DNA of 64,000 bases from a bacterium HR35 (GCA_002898235.1 BEIL01000004.1:499-64498); one strand, 5' to 3'; counted from the stretch's first letter, positions 48,254-59,280 are shown. A program made the numbers and translations. Notes: a model not told the origin generated them from the sequence alone.

Positions 48254-49523
48254 TTTGAGAGGTTAATCTATTTTTAATTTCATTGACCAATTTAGAAATA
48301 GAAATGGTTTCTTGAGCTCCACTTTCAAAATCTTTTAAAATAACTGAATTTTTACTTAATTCTTCAAAAGCAACAATTACTACATATTTTACACCAATTT
48401 TATTAGCATATTCAAGCTGTTGGCTTAAGGATTGTTTAAAAAAATTAAAGCTGACATTCAAACCTTCATTTCTTAAGTTTTCAATAATTTGAAAAGCTCT
48501 TATCTTAAGTTCTTCACCTACATAAGCAACAAAAACATCTGGTTTGGGGGAATATTTAAGCTCAATCCCTTTTTCTTCTAAAATTAGTTTTAATCTTTCA
48601 AGGCCTAAAGCTAAGCCAACAGCTGGAGTTGGAGTATTAACCCAAATTTTTCCCAAATCGTATCTCCCGCCACCACCTAAAGCTAAATTATCTTCTTGCA
48701 GAAAATATTCAAAAACAGTCCTTTCATAATAGTCAAAACCTCTAACTAGGGTGTAATCAAGTTCATAGTTAATTTCGCTTTTATCCAAATAAGAAATTAT
48801 CTCTTGAAAATGAAGAGAACAAAATTTGCAAAGAGAATCTAAAATATTAGGAGCATTTTTCTTGTATGGCTGACAAATAGCATTTTTACAATCAAGCAGT
48901 CTTAAAGGATTTTCTTTTAATCTTCTCTGACAGTCATGGCAAATTTTATTTTTATATCTTCGATAATAGGAAGTTAATTTTTTCTTATATTTAGGTCGGC
49001 ATTTCTCGCAACCTAAACTATTTAACTTAACTTTAATCTCGCTAAAGTTTAAAATTTCCTTTAAGAATTTATAACCCGTAAAAATAATATAAAAATCAGC
49101 AAAAGAATTTTCCGAACCAACAATTTCTAATCCCCATTGAGTAAATTCTCTTAATCTTCCTCTTTGAGGATTTTCTTTGCGATACATTTTTCCAATATAA
49201 AAGAAAAGGAGAGGTTGAGGTTCTGAATAAAGGCCTTCTTCTAAATAAACTCTCATTATTGGCGCTGTATTTTCTGGTCTTAAAACATATTTTTCTTTTT
49301 TCTCATCAGTTTTGAGATAAAACATTTCTTTTTCAACTACATCCGAAGTCTGCCCTAAACTTGTTGTAAAAACTTTTTCGTTTTCTACTAAAGGCGTTTC
49401 GATATATTTAAATCCATATTTGACAGAAAAGTCATAAAGCAAATCATAAAGCTTTAAATAAAATTCAGCATCATTACCAAAATTATCTTTCATTCCCTTT
49501 GGTTTAGTAAAAGGGAGTTTCAT
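48246..49523 (-). CDS. hisS: Histidine--tRNA ligase
   Basis: LRPENTA, LVRGFDYY and GGGRYD motifs. Confidence 0.96.
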   Translation of the reverse strand: MKLPFTKPKGMKDNFGNDAEFYLKLYDLLYDFSVKYGFKYIETPLVENEKVFTTSLGQTSDVVEKEMFYLKTDEKKEKYVLRPENTAPIMRVYLEEGLYSEPQPLLFFYIGKMYRKENPQRGRLREFTQWGLEIVGSENSFADFYIIFTGYKFLKEILNFSEIKVKLNSLGCEKCRPKYKKKLTSYYRRYKNKICHDCQRRLKENPLRLLDCKNAICQPYKKNAPNILDSLCKFCSLHFQEIISYLDKSEINYELDYTLVRGFDYYERTVFEYFLQEDNLALGGGGRYDLGKIWVNTPTPAVGLALGLERLKLILEEKGIELKYSPKPDVFVAYVGEELKIRAFQIIENLRNEGLNVSFNFFKQSLSQQLEYANKIGVKYVVIVAFEELSKNSVILKDFESGAQETISISKLVNEIKNRLTSQNV

Positions 49524-49533
49524 TGATAAAAGC

Positions 49534-50070
49534 TTAAAAAATTAAAGGTTTAATCTCGTCAATAATTTTTTTAAAAGAAAGATGAAAAATAACTTTGCCA
49601 ATAATCCTTTCTCTTTTCACTGGTCCCCAACTTCGAGAATCAGAGCTAATTTCTCGATTATCGCCTAAAACAAAATACTCATCTTTACCTAAAGCAATAT
49701 CCTTACTTCCAGAAGTATAATGCTCTTGAAGATAAGGTTCTTTAAGCTCTTTACCTTGCGGATTTTCTGGAGAGTAAATAAAAATCTTTGAATCTTTAAT
49801 TACCACTCTTTCTCCTGGAAGACCAATAATCCTTTTAATATAATAAACTTTATTATCAAATGGTGGGTGAAAAACAACTACATCGCCTCTTTGAGGATCA
49901 GTAAAATGATAGCTTATTTTATCAACGATTAAATAATCAAAAGAATAATAATTGGGCTCCATACTGCTACCCTTAACAAAAAATGGCTCAAATAAAAAAA
50001 TTCTAATAGGCAAAAGAAAGGACAAAATTAAAATAATTTCTAAAATTTCTAAAAAATATTTCTTAGACAT
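49534..50070 (-). CDS. lepB: Signal peptidase I
   Basis: GSSMEP, YIKRIIGLPG and GDNR..S.DSR motifs. Confidence 0.95.
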   Translation of the reverse strand: MSKKYFLEILEIILILSFLLPIRIFLFEPFFVKGSSMEPNYYSFDYLIVDKISYHFTDPQRGDVVVFHPPFDNKVYYIKRIIGLPGERVVIKDSKIFIYSPENPQGKELKEPYLQEHYTSGSKDIALGKDEYFVLGDNREISSDSRSWGPVKRERIIGKVIFHLSFKKIIDEIKPLIF

Positions 50071-50107
50071 TACTTTTCTCAAAATTAATTCTTAAAATAA
50101 TTATAAC

Positions 50108-50683
50108 ATGAAAAACAAAGAGAAGATAAAAATTATTTTTGGTTTAGGTAATGAAGGTGAAGAGTTTAAAAACACTCGACATAATATTGGTAAGGAGATA
50201 ATTGATTCTTATCTAAAAGAAAAAAATGAAGCTAAAAATTCTTATTTTGGTTATTATGATGAACTAATTTTAGCTTCTAATAAAGGTTTTATGAATACGA
50301 GCGGTAAGGGAGTTAAAGAACTTTTAGAAAAATTTAAGCTTAAACCAGAAAATTTATTAGTTATCCATGATGAAGCTGATCTTTTTTTTCCTTTATTTAA
50401 AATTAGTTTTCAAACAGGCAGTGGTGGTCATAAGGGAGTTGAATCAATTTTTAAAGAAATAAAAAATAAAAATTTTTGGCGCTTAAGATTTGGCATTCAA
50501 GGCAAAAAAAGAAAAGTTGCAGCTGATTTAGTTTTAAAAAAATGGACAGCTGAAGAATTGAAAATTTTAGAATTTATTAAAAATGAATTTAAAATAATTT
50601 TAGAAAAACTCAAAACTAAATTACCTAACGAGCTTAATTTAAGCAAAGATTATTTTCTAAAAAAATATGAAAGAGATTTTTGA
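50108..50683 (+). CDS. pth: Peptidyl-tRNA hydrolase
   Basis: GLGN, TRHNIG, FMNTSG, HDE and GGHKG motifs. Confidence 0.94.
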   Translation: MKNKEKIKIIFGLGNEGEEFKNTRHNIGKEIIDSYLKEKNEAKNSYFGYYDELILASNKGFMNTSGKGVKELLEKFKLKPENLLVIHDEADLFFPLFKISFQTGSGGHKGVESIFKEIKNKNFWRLRFGIQGKKRKVAADLVLKKWTAEELKILEFIKNEFKIILEKLKTKLPNELNLSKDYFLKKYERDF

Positions 50684-51662
50684 GAAAAAACTTTCTTCAA
50701 ATAAGGAAATCAAAAAAATTTTTGAGAGAATTTTCGAAATTGAAGAGTATCAAGTTGATTTAGTTGATCCCCGAGCTAAAGAAGTTTTTCCTCAATTTTT
50801 AAATCAAAAAATTACTATCATTCGAAACAAAATTTTAAAAACAGAAACTATTTTTAATCCTAAAAGAGGAAGAAGACACTTACCCAAGGGAGGAGAAATT
50901 TTTAGAGATGAATACGATCCCTTTTGCAATGGAGAATCAAAAACTATTGGCGATGAATTAGGCAGAATTAAAAATCAAAGCGCTGAAATTGTCGCTAATA
51001 TTTCTAAAATGGCTCCTTTTCATAGCGTTTTATTTTTTAAAAAGCACGAATTAGATGATTTAACTGAAAAGGATTTTCTTCAAGCTTTAGAATTAGCTAA
51101 TAATTGGTTTGAAAGAATAAAAGAAAAGTTTCAAACAAAAATAGGAATCCTAATTTGGAACTTTCATTATCGAGCAGGAGCAAGTATTTATCATCCGCAT
51201 TTTCAACTCCTTTCTTATTATCACCTGCCCTCAAAATTCGAAAATCTTATTTTCTTAACAGAAAACTATGAACAAGTTTATAAAACTTCTTATTTTGATG
51301 ACCTTTTTCAAGTTTTAGAATTTTTAGGATTAGCTAAAAAAGAAAAAGATTTTAAGATTTGGCTTAATCTTACGCCGGTTAAACAAAGTGAAATTAATTT
51401 TGAAGGCAGATTAGAAAAAATAAATGGAGAAATTTTTTGGTTTTATTTTCAGAAATTAAGAAGGATAGGTTTCCAAAGTTTTAATTTGCTTTCTTTAGTT
51501 TTTGCTCCTAAATTGCCTAATTTAACTTTTTTGGTTGACCGAGAAGAACCTTCAAAAATTACTAGTGATTTTGGTAGTTTAGAGGTTTTTATGAATTCAG
51601 TAGTTAGTTATAATCCTTTTGATTTAGCTGAACAAATTTTCAATAACTCGAAGTCGGCATAA
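50667..51662 (+). CDS. GalT/HIT-like nucleotidyltransferase
   Basis: DPFC and AGASIYHPHFQ (HxHxQ) motifs. Confidence 0.7.
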   Translation: MKEIFEKKLSSNKEIKKIFERIFEIEEYQVDLVDPRAKEVFPQFLNQKITIIRNKILKTETIFNPKRGRRHLPKGGEIFRDEYDPFCNGESKTIGDELGRIKNQSAEIVANISKMAPFHSVLFFKKHELDDLTEKDFLQALELANNWFERIKEKFQTKIGILIWNFHYRAGASIYHPHFQLLSYYHLPSKFENLIFLTENYEQVYKTSYFDDLFQVLEFLGLAKKEKDFKIWLNLTPVKQSEINFEGRLEKINGEIFWFYFQKLRRIGFQSFNLLSLVFAPKLPNLTFLVDREEPSKITSDFGSLEVFMNSVVSYNPFDLAEQIFNNSKSA

Positions 51663-51837
51663 TTTCTTGAAAAAGAGGCTGCGGGATTTCAGAAGTAACA
51701 TAATTTTCTATTTCCTCGGTTGGGCTAAAAACTTGGGGGTATTCTTGAGCAAATCTGAAATTGAGCAAAGTAAAGAAAATAATAAAACTAATAACTATCA
51801 CTAAAATAAGTAAGCGGTTAATTTTTTCAAGATTCAT
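51640..51837 (-). CDS. Small membrane protein
   Basis: 65 aa, one TM, ATGA overlap with infB. Confidence 0.5.
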   Translation of the reverse strand: MNLEKINRLLILVIVISFIIFFTLLNFRFAQEYPQVFSPTEEIENYVTSEIPQPLFQEIMPTSSY

Positions 51838-53288
51838 TCTGCTAATATTATATCACCGACTTCTATTTCTTTTGAAGTTTCAACTATTAAGCCACAAAGC
51901 TGTTCTTCTTTAACTTCTTCTGTAGGAACTTTATCTTTTTCTAGGCTGATTATTTTCCCCTTACCAACAACCTCTTCGTTTCTTAAAATCAAAACCTTAT
52001 CACCAAGTTTTATCCTTCCCAAAATAACCCGGCCACCAATTGTCTTTTTTAATTTCGTTTTACTAAAAGTAGCTAAAACTTCCAATTTACCTTTGGGCAT
52101 TTTTTTAGTCTCTTCTTCACCAGTAATTATTTTTTCTAATTTTTCTTCTAGTCGATAAATTACATTTTCTTCAATTAACTTAATTCCTAAATTTTGAAGA
52201 GAAGTTATCAAAGTTTTTGGTGTTTTCACATTAAATGATAAGATAAGAGCATTAAAATCTTTAGCTAAATCAATATCTTGGCTAGTCAATGGACCTAAAT
52301 CTTGTTTAATAATTTTTATATTCTTTTGAAATTTGTTTGCTAAATTAGTCAAAATCTTATCTAAGGCTTCAAGTGAACCTAAATGATCGGCTCTAACAAT
52401 TAAATTAAGCTCGCCTTGAGTTTCGGTTGAAACAAAAATAAATTTTTTGAAATATTCTTTTTCTTTTTCTTGTAAAATTTTTTGAATTTCTTCTTTTTCT
52501 TTTTCCAAACCAACTTTAAATTCTTCTCCGACTGAAGGTAAAATTTCAAAATTACCTACTAAAACTGGTTTTGATGGTTGAGCTTCATTAATTTTTCTTC
52601 CTAAATCATCTTCTAAAAATTTAGCTTTTCCATAAGCTGAAGCAGTAAAAATAAAATTGCCGATAGTTAATTTACCTTGAGTAATTACTAAACTAGCTAA
52701 TAAACCTCTTTGAGGGTCTTTAACAACTTCTAAAACATAACCTGAAGCTGGGCCCTCGTTTTCAGTTTTAAGTTCATAAATATCTCTTAAAATAATTATA
52801 GTTTCTAAAAGTTCATCAATACCTTCACCGGTTTTAGCTGAAGTATAAATTACTGGCACTTCCCCACCCCATTTTTCTGGAATAATGCCGATTTCAACAA
52901 GTTGAGCCAAAACTCTTTCTGGATCAGCTTCTTTCTTGTCAATCTTATTTAAAGCAATAACAAAAGGAACTTGATAGGATTTTAAAAATTCTAAACTTTC
53001 TTTAGTTTGAGGTTTAACTCCTTCATCGGCAGCAACAACCAATATTCCAATATCAGCTATCTTTGAGCCTCTTTCTCTAAGCTTAGAAAAAGCCTCATGT
53101 CCTGGAGTATCAATAAAAGTTATTTTTTCTCCTTTGAATTCTATTTCATAAGCTCCTATCTTTTGAGTAATTCCACCAGCTTCATAACCAGTCAAATTTG
53201 ATCTTCTAATATAGTCAAGTAAGGAAGTTTTACCATGATCAACATGGCCTAAAATAACAACAATTGGTGGTTTTTTAACCAGTGCCAT
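51834..53288 (-). CDS. infB: Translation initiation factor IF-2 (short form)
   Basis: GHVDHGKT, GGITQ, DTPGHEAF and NKID motifs. Confidence 0.96.
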   Translation of the reverse strand: MALVKKPPIVVILGHVDHGKTSLLDYIRRSNLTGYEAGGITQKIGAYEIEFKGEKITFIDTPGHEAFSKLRERGSKIADIGILVVAADEGVKPQTKESLEFLKSYQVPFVIALNKIDKKEADPERVLAQLVEIGIIPEKWGGEVPVIYTSAKTGEGIDELLETIIILRDIYELKTENEGPASGYVLEVVKDPQRGLLASLVITQGKLTIGNFIFTASAYGKAKFLEDDLGRKINEAQPSKPVLVGNFEILPSVGEEFKVGLEKEKEEIQKILQEKEKEYFKKFIFVSTETQGELNLIVRADHLGSLEALDKILTNLANKFQKNIKIIKQDLGPLTSQDIDLAKDFNALILSFNVKTPKTLITSLQNLGIKLIEENVIYRLEEKLEKIITGEEETKKMPKGKLEVLATFSKTKLKKTIGGRVILGRIKLGDKVLILRNEEVVGKGKIISLEKDKVPTEEVKEEQLCGLIVETSKEIEVGDIILAE

Positions 53289-53339
53289 AATTTCTTTTCA
53301 AATTTCTAAATTTTTCGCTTTTTTAAATTCTTTTAGATT

Positions 53340-53618
53340 TTAAAGAATTTTAGGAACAACAAGGTAGTCGTCTTTTTTTTCAGGAAAATTATTTATAATC
53401 TCTCGGGTATTTTGACTTTCTTCTGGCAAGTCTTCTCTTAAAGGTAAAGCTGGACTCAAACTTATAAGCGGTTCTAATTCTTCTAAATTAAGCTCATTTA
53501 TTTTTTCAACATAAGCTAAAATTTTTTGAAGTTGACTAGAAAATTTAATCAGTTCTTCTTCGGTTAAAGTAATTTTGGCTAAATAAGCAAAATGTTTTAA
53601 CTTCTCTTTATCAAACAT
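53340..53618 (-). CDS. gatC: Amidotransferase subunit C
   Basis: A.LAKI, IL.YVE, LRED and VPKIL pattern. Confidence 0.9.
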   Translation of the reverse strand: MFDKEKLKHFAYLAKITLTEEELIKFSSQLQKILAYVEKINELNLEELEPLISLSPALPLREDLPEESQNTREIINNFPEKKDDYLVVPKIL

Positions 53619-53638
53619 AAAATAATTTTAACAAAAAA

Positions 53639-54457
53639 TCAAAAAGAAATTAAATTTAAATATTTGGCTGAAAAAGTTTTACCTAAAACTAAAGTGAAAT
53701 AAAGTCCCAAAAAGAAAAAGGGGATAAAAGGAATTGGTTTTTTAAGATTTTTTTCTTTTAAAAATAAAATTAAGCCATAAAGAGAACCTAAGAGAGAAGA
53801 AAAAACTAAAAAAATTAAAGCATCACCAAATTTTAAAAAAAGTCCAATAACAAAAACTGTTTTTACATCGCCAAAACCCAAACCTTCGCCTTTGGTAATT
53901 AAATAAATAAAAAAGAAAAGAAAACTTAAAAAGATACTCGAAAATAAAGTTTCTAAATAAGGAGGTAAAATAAAAAGATAATTTAAAAGATAACTAAAAT
54001 CCGGATAAGGAATTTTTAAATAAGTATGATAGAAAACAAAAATTAAACCCAAAAAAAATAAAAAAAGCAAAAAGCGGTCGTCGACTAAAAGCGTATCAAA
54101 ATCATAGAGAGCTAAAATAAAGATAACTGAAAAAAGAAAAAAATAAAAGAGGAATTCAATTAAAAAGAAGAAATTTATCCAAGGTTTAAAAATTAAAGCC
54201 AGAGTAAAAGTAAAAATTGCTGTCAAAATTTCTGTTAAAGGATATCTTAAAGAAATCTTACTTTGACAACCTAAACATCGTCCTTTTTGAATAAGAAAAC
54301 TTATAAGAGGAATTAATTCTTTAACTGAAAGGGTTTTTTTACAAATAGGACAATGAGAACGAGTTAAGAAAAAACTTTCGCCAGTTTTAAGCCGATAAGC
54401 AACATTGTTTAAAAAAGATCCCCAAAAAAGACCAAAGATAAAAAAGAAAATTGCCAT
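53639..54457 (-). CDS. pilD: Prepilin peptidase
   Basis: GSFLN, RSHCPIC, GRCLGC and GFGDVK motifs. Confidence 0.93.
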   Translation of the reverse strand: MAIFFFIFGLFWGSFLNNVAYRLKTGESFFLTRSHCPICKKTLSVKELIPLISFLIQKGRCLGCQSKISLRYPLTEILTAIFTFTLALIFKPWINFFFLIEFLFYFFLFSVIFILALYDFDTLLVDDRFLLFLFFLGLIFVFYHTYLKIPYPDFSYLLNYLFILPPYLETLFSSIFLSFLFFFIYLITKGEGLGFGDVKTVFVIGLFLKFGDALIFLVFSSLLGSLYGLILFLKEKNLKKPIPFIPFFFLGLYFTLVLGKTFSAKYLNLISF

Positions 54458-54458
54458 C

Positions 54459-55664
54459 TTAAAAGTTTTGAATATATTTAGTCAAGTTAAGCAAAGGGAT
54501 TAAAAGAGAAGCCTCTAAAAGACCTAAACCACCACCTAAAATTAAAATAAGAAATGGCTGTAAAGCTTCACCTAAACTAGCAAATTGAGTTTCTACTGTT
54601 TCTGAATAAAACTCTAAAAGAGTAAAAGTAATTTCGCTCATTTGACCAGTTTTTTCTGCTGTTCTCATTGCTTGAATAATAATAATAGGAAAAATATCTG
54701 AAAACTCCTCCATTGACTCGCTTAATGGTTTTCCCTTTTTTACTTCTTCAATCATATACTCTAAAGCATATTCATAAGCAGGATGAGCTATGCTTTGTTT
54801 AATAATATCTAATGCTTCAACCAAAGGCACACCGCCTTTAGTTAAATAAAAAAGAGATTCTAAAAATTGAGCAGTATAAATATTTTTAAAAAGAGAATTC
54901 AAAATTGGTACATAATTTATAAATTCAAAAAATATTTTTCTTCCTTCTTTTGTTCGAAAATATTTGAAAAGATAATAAAAGAAAGCAATAACAATAATTA
55001 AAAAGAAAACTCCAAAATTTAAAATAAAATCAGAAATAAATTGAAAAATACGGGTAATAGTTGGTAAAGGGATGTTATTTTCAACAAACATTTTAGTAAT
55101 TTGAGGAATTACATAATAAAAAAGGACAAGCATCACCACAATAAACATAGCAAAAACAATAGCTGGGTAAATTAAAGCTTGAAGAGCCTTATTTCTGAAT
55201 TTGATTTGGTTTTCTAAGTGTTTAGAAAGATAAATTAAGGTCTCATCTAAAGTACCAACCTTTTCACCGATTTTTATCATTCCCACAAAGTAAGCATCAA
55301 AAACATCAGGAAATCTCTCTAAGGAATTAGAGAAAGGAACACCAGAAATTAGGTCATTATAAATTTGAATTAAAATATCACGAAAAACTAAATTTTGAGT
55401 AGTTTCAGAAAGAGATTTTACAGCTTCATCTAGAGGAGTTTGGGCTTTAATTAAATAACTTAATTGTCTTGAAAAAAGATAAATATCATTTAAACCGGGT
55501 TTCCTTAAAAAAATCTCTAATAATCTGATTTTTGATTCAGATAAATAAGTAACTAAAAGGTCCTGATCTTGTAAAATTTTTAAAGCTTCTTCTTTTGAAG
55601 AAGCAGTAATTATTCCTTTTTTTAATTCTCCTTCTTTAGTAAAAGCCCGGTATTCAAATCTCAT
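54459..55664 (-). CDS. pilC: Type IV pilus platform protein PilC
   Basis: FSRQL, GEKVGTL and ALIYP; two T2SSF repeats. Confidence 0.92.
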   Translation of the reverse strand: MRFEYRAFTKEGELKKGIITASSKEEALKILQDQDLLVTYLSESKIRLLEIFLRKPGLNDIYLFSRQLSYLIKAQTPLDEAVKSLSETTQNLVFRDILIQIYNDLISGVPFSNSLERFPDVFDAYFVGMIKIGEKVGTLDETLIYLSKHLENQIKFRNKALQALIYPAIVFAMFIVVMLVLFYYVIPQITKMFVENNIPLPTITRIFQFISDFILNFGVFFLIIVIAFFYYLFKYFRTKEGRKIFFEFINYVPILNSLFKNIYTAQFLESLFYLTKGGVPLVEALDIIKQSIAHPAYEYALEYMIEEVKKGKPLSESMEEFSDIFPIIIIQAMRTAEKTGQMSEITFTLLEFYSETVETQFASLGEALQPFLILILGGGLGLLEASLLIPLLNLTKYIQNF

Positions 55665-56722
55665 TGTTCAAGCAAATATTTTAATCTTTCTGGTTTAAGA
55701 CTAAATTCTAAAGCCTTATCTAAAGAAATATGACCCAATTGAACTAAATTAGCTAATGATCTATCTAAAGAAATCATTCCTTCCTGTAAAGAGGTATCGA
55801 TTACATTATCAATTTGGTAAACTTTATTTTCTCGAATTAAATTTCTAATAGCATTATTAGCAATTAAAATCTCACAAGCTGGAACTCGACCTCCAGTAAC
55901 TTTGGGAACTAATCTTTGCGAAATAACACCTATCAAAGTTGAAGCTAACTGAAGCCTAGCTTGATTTTTTTGTGATTCTGGCAAGACATCGATAATTCTA
56001 TCAATTGTTTGAGAAGCTGAATTGGTATGTAAAGTTCCTAAAACTAAGTGACCAGTTTCAGCGGCAGTTAAAGCAATCGAAATAGAAATTGCATCTCGAA
56101 GCTCACCGATCATAATAACATCTGGGTCTTCTCTTAAAGCTGCTTTTAAAGCTCGATGCCAAGTAGGTGAATGAGTAGGAATTTCTCTTTGAGAAATAAC
56201 TGATTTATCTGGAGTAAAAATATATTCAATTGGTTCTTCAATAGTAATTATATGGGCTTGTCTTGTATGATTGATTTCATCAATCATAGCTGCTAAAGTA
56301 GTTGATTTGCCAACACCAGCTGGTCCAGTAATCAAAATTAAACCCTGTCTTCTTTGAATAAATTCATAAAGGATTGGAGGAAGATTTAATTCTTCAATAT
56401 TTTTGATAGTATTAGGGATAACTCGAAAAGCTCCTGCCCAACCATTAAATTGAAGATAAATATTAGCTCGAAAACGAATTTCATTATTAAGAAAAAAAGA
56501 AAAGTCTAAATCTTTAAACTTAAGAATTCTTTCTTTTAATTCTTGGTCTAAAAGAGAAAAAAGCATTTTTTCAGTATCTTCATAAGTCAAAACATCAAAA
56601 TGAGTTAAAGAAAAAAGTTCTCCGTCTTTTCTAATTATTGGAAAACTTCCTGGAATAATATGAATATCAGAAGCTTTTTCATTAACAGCATATTCTAAAA
56701 TCATTTGAAGGTTTTTATCCAT
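55661..56722 (-). CDS. pilT: Pilus retraction ATPase PilT
   Basis: GPAGVGKST, ALREDPD and AAETGHLV motifs. Confidence 0.94.
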   Translation of the reverse strand: MDKNLQMILEYAVNEKASDIHIIPGSFPIIRKDGELFSLTHFDVLTYEDTEKMLFSLLDQELKERILKFKDLDFSFFLNNEIRFRANIYLQFNGWAGAFRVIPNTIKNIEELNLPPILYEFIQRRQGLILITGPAGVGKSTTLAAMIDEINHTRQAHIITIEEPIEYIFTPDKSVISQREIPTHSPTWHRALKAALREDPDVIMIGELRDAISISIALTAAETGHLVLGTLHTNSASQTIDRIIDVLPESQKNQARLQLASTLIGVISQRLVPKVTGGRVPACEILIANNAIRNLIRENKVYQIDNVIDTSLQEGMISLDRSLANLVQLGHISLDKALEFSLKPERLKYLLEQ

Positions 56723-56723
56723 T

Positions 56724-58433
56724 TTAAGTTACTTTGAAAATTTCATCAAGAAAAACTCGACCCTGACTTGCTTTTATTATACCATCCAGCCTCATAGAAA
56801 TAAAATTTTGTTTTTTTACTAAATCAAACATTTCGGCTTCAGTTAATCCTTTAGAGACAGCTTGAGCAATTTCTTTAGTCATTTCAAACATTTCAAAAAT
56901 TCCTATTCTGCCGATGTAACCTCTAAAATGACATTTTTCGCAACCTCTTCCTCGAAAAGCTTTAACTTCGAAATCTTGATATTCTGGAGGAGCTTCGGCT
57001 AAAACTTTTTTAATTTCACTTTTAAGTTCTGGCGAGATATCGGTTTCTTCTTTACAATTTTGACAAATTTGTCTAACTAATCTTTGAGCAATAACTAAAT
57101 TAATAATTGAAGGTATAAAATAAGGTTTAACTCCCATATCAATAAGACGAGGAATGGCTCCTAAGCTGGTATTAGTATGAAGAGTTGATAAAACTAAGTG
57201 GCCAGTTAAAGCTGCATGAGTAACTAATTCAGCTGTTTCTTCATCACGAATCTCACCTACTAAAATAACATCTGGGTCTTGCCTTAAAATTTCTCTTAAA
57301 CCATTAGCAAAAGAATAACCAATTTCTGGTCTTACTTGAGACTGATTAACACCAGCAATTTTATATTCAACCGGATCCTCTAGGCTAACAATATTAATTT
57401 CTTCTCGATTAATTTCTTGTAAAAGAGCATTTAAAGTTGTAGTTTTACCTGAACCAGTTGGACCAGTAACCAAAATTAAACCATAAGAGCGCCTAATATT
57501 CCTTTTAATAATTTCATAATGGTAATCAGCTAAACCTAGATCTTGAATTTTCTTTAAGCCAACTAAGGGGTCTAAAATCCTGATAGCTGCTTTTTCGCCA
57601 TTGATTGTAGGAAAAATGCCAACACGAAAATCTATTTCTCTACCCTGAACTGTTGCTCGAAAACGAGCATCTTGAGGAATTCTTTGTTCATCTAATCTTA
57701 AATTGGTTAAAATTTTGACTCGATTAATTAAAGGTTGTTGGAGATCTTTAGGCAGCAGGGCGACTGTTTTTAAATCACCAAAAAGTCTAAATCTAATTCT
57801 TAATCGATCTGGCAAAGGTTCAATATGAATATCAGAAGCTCGAAGAGCAACGGCTTTTCTAATTATTAATTCTAACATCTTTATTACTGGTCCTTCTTCA
57901 CCAACAGTAATTTCTTGTGATAAAGCAAACATTTCTTTCTCTTCTATTTTTCTTCCTTTTTGACTACGGAAATCAATAGTTAATTTTTTAAGTTCTTCTT
58001 CAAAATTGTGATAATCTTCTAAATGAATATAAAAGTCTTGAATGGAGATTAAAAAAATTTTTACTTCTTGAAGTTTCAAATTTTGCTTTAAAACTTCAAT
58101 TACTTTTTCTTGAAGTTGAGGAACTTCTGGATCAACAACTCCTAAATAAAGAATATTCTGTTTATAATCAAAAGCTAAAATTTTATAATTTAGGGCTGTT
58201 TTTTCTGGTATTTTATTAATAATCTCTAAGGGGATAACTTCATCCATTTCGAAAGTTTTAATTGGCAAATTATAAATTTGAGCTTTAAAATCTAAAATTT
58301 CTTTAATAGGAATTAAATTCTTGTTATAAGCATATTCTTCAAAGGTCATCCCTAAAATTTTTGCTTCCATTAACCATTCTTCAATCTTCGGGTATTTTTC
58401 TTTGAAATAACTAATTAAAGATTCTTCTTTCAT
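56724..58433 (-). CDS. pilB: Pilus assembly ATPase PilB
   Basis: ASDIHIEP, GPTGSGKTT, LRQDPD and tetra-Cys motifs. Confidence 0.94.
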   Translation of the reverse strand: MKEESLISYFKEKYPKIEEWLMEAKILGMTFEEYAYNKNLIPIKEILDFKAQIYNLPIKTFEMDEVIPLEIINKIPEKTALNYKILAFDYKQNILYLGVVDPEVPQLQEKVIEVLKQNLKLQEVKIFLISIQDFYIHLEDYHNFEEELKKLTIDFRSQKGRKIEEKEMFALSQEITVGEEGPVIKMLELIIRKAVALRASDIHIEPLPDRLRIRFRLFGDLKTVALLPKDLQQPLINRVKILTNLRLDEQRIPQDARFRATVQGREIDFRVGIFPTINGEKAAIRILDPLVGLKKIQDLGLADYHYEIIKRNIRRSYGLILVTGPTGSGKTTTLNALLQEINREEINIVSLEDPVEYKIAGVNQSQVRPEIGYSFANGLREILRQDPDVILVGEIRDEETAELVTHAALTGHLVLSTLHTNTSLGAIPRLIDMGVKPYFIPSIINLVIAQRLVRQICQNCKEETDISPELKSEIKKVLAEAPPEYQDFEVKAFRGRGCEKCHFRGYIGRIGIFEMFEMTKEIAQAVSKGLTEAEMFDLVKKQNFISMRLDGIIKASQGRVFLDEIFKVT

Positions 58434-58435
58434 TT

Positions 58436-58708
58436 TTAGTAAGAAGAAAAAAGGCTTGATCTTCCTAAATCTTCTTGATTTATTTGAGGCACTGCTATTT
58501 TTTCGGTATTAAGATTTTGAAGATTTTTAAGTTTTTCTTGAAAGTTATATTTCTTAATATAATCTAGCTGATTTTGAATCTGTTCAAGTAAAGGAGATGG
58601 TTCATAGCTTTCTTTTAAAATTCCAAAACGCCAAAAAATAAAAATTGAACTTCCTATAAAAACTAAAAAAATAAAAACAGCAAAGGTAATGATTGTTGAA
58701 AGTTTCAT
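58436..58708 (-). CDS. Small membrane-anchored pilus-cluster protein
   Basis: 90 aa, one TM, at the PilP position in the operon. Confidence 0.55.
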   Translation of the reverse strand: MKLSTIITFAVFIFLVFIGSSIFIFWRFGILKESYEPSPLLEQIQNQLDYIKKYNFQEKLKNLQNLNTEKIAVPQINQEDLGRSSLFSSY

Positions 58709-59280
58709 TTATTTTTTGAAGGATTTAAGATAAGATAATAAGCAGCGACCTCTAAATTAGCACTAACATTATTTTCTTTTTCATTCCAACTTAAACCAGC
58801 TTTATTTATTTCCATTAATCTTGAAGATTTATCAATATAAGAGATAAATTCTTGAAGTTTAGCTAAATCAATTTTTTCAAAACTTAAATCAAAATTAACA
58901 CTTGAAACAGGTAAAACATAAGGAGAAACAAAATAATTTTCTTCTTTAGAAAGATTAAAATTGCTTCCAGGAAATTCACCTAAATTTAAGATTCTGTAAG
59001 TATTCACTAAATAAGCCATAATTTCTGTAATTTTAGGCTCTCGAGGTAGCCAAGTTTCTAAAGTCTCTTTTTGGGCTAAAAGAGAAGAAATATTTTTATC
59101 TTTATTTAATTCGCTTATAATTCTTTCAAGTTCTAATAAATCTTTTTCTTGGTTTCTAAGTTTGTTTAATTCACGAGCTAAACTAATAGTTTGCTTATAA
59201 GTAGGCAAAAGCATTGAGGTAAAAACATAAGCTATCAAACTGATTAAAATTACCGGAATAAGATTAAGGAAAATTCTCAT
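58705..59280 (-). CDS. PilO-like protein
   Basis: TM, coiled coil and ferredoxin-like C-part; operon position. Confidence 0.65.
   Translation of the reverse strand: MRIFLNLIPVILISLIAYVFTSMLLPTYKQTISLARELNKLRNQEKDLLELERIISELNKDKNISSLLAQKETLETWLPREPKITEIMAYLVNTYRILNLGEFPGSNFNLSKEENYFVSPYVLPVSSVNFDLSFEKIDLAKLQEFISYIDKSSRLMEINKAGLSWNEKENNVSANLEVAAYYLILNPSKNK

Noticed and set aside
51834-53288. Short IF2 (and short ValS, enolase) as pseudogenes
   Set aside because: Catalytic motifs are intact, and such compact forms are expected in reduced genomes.
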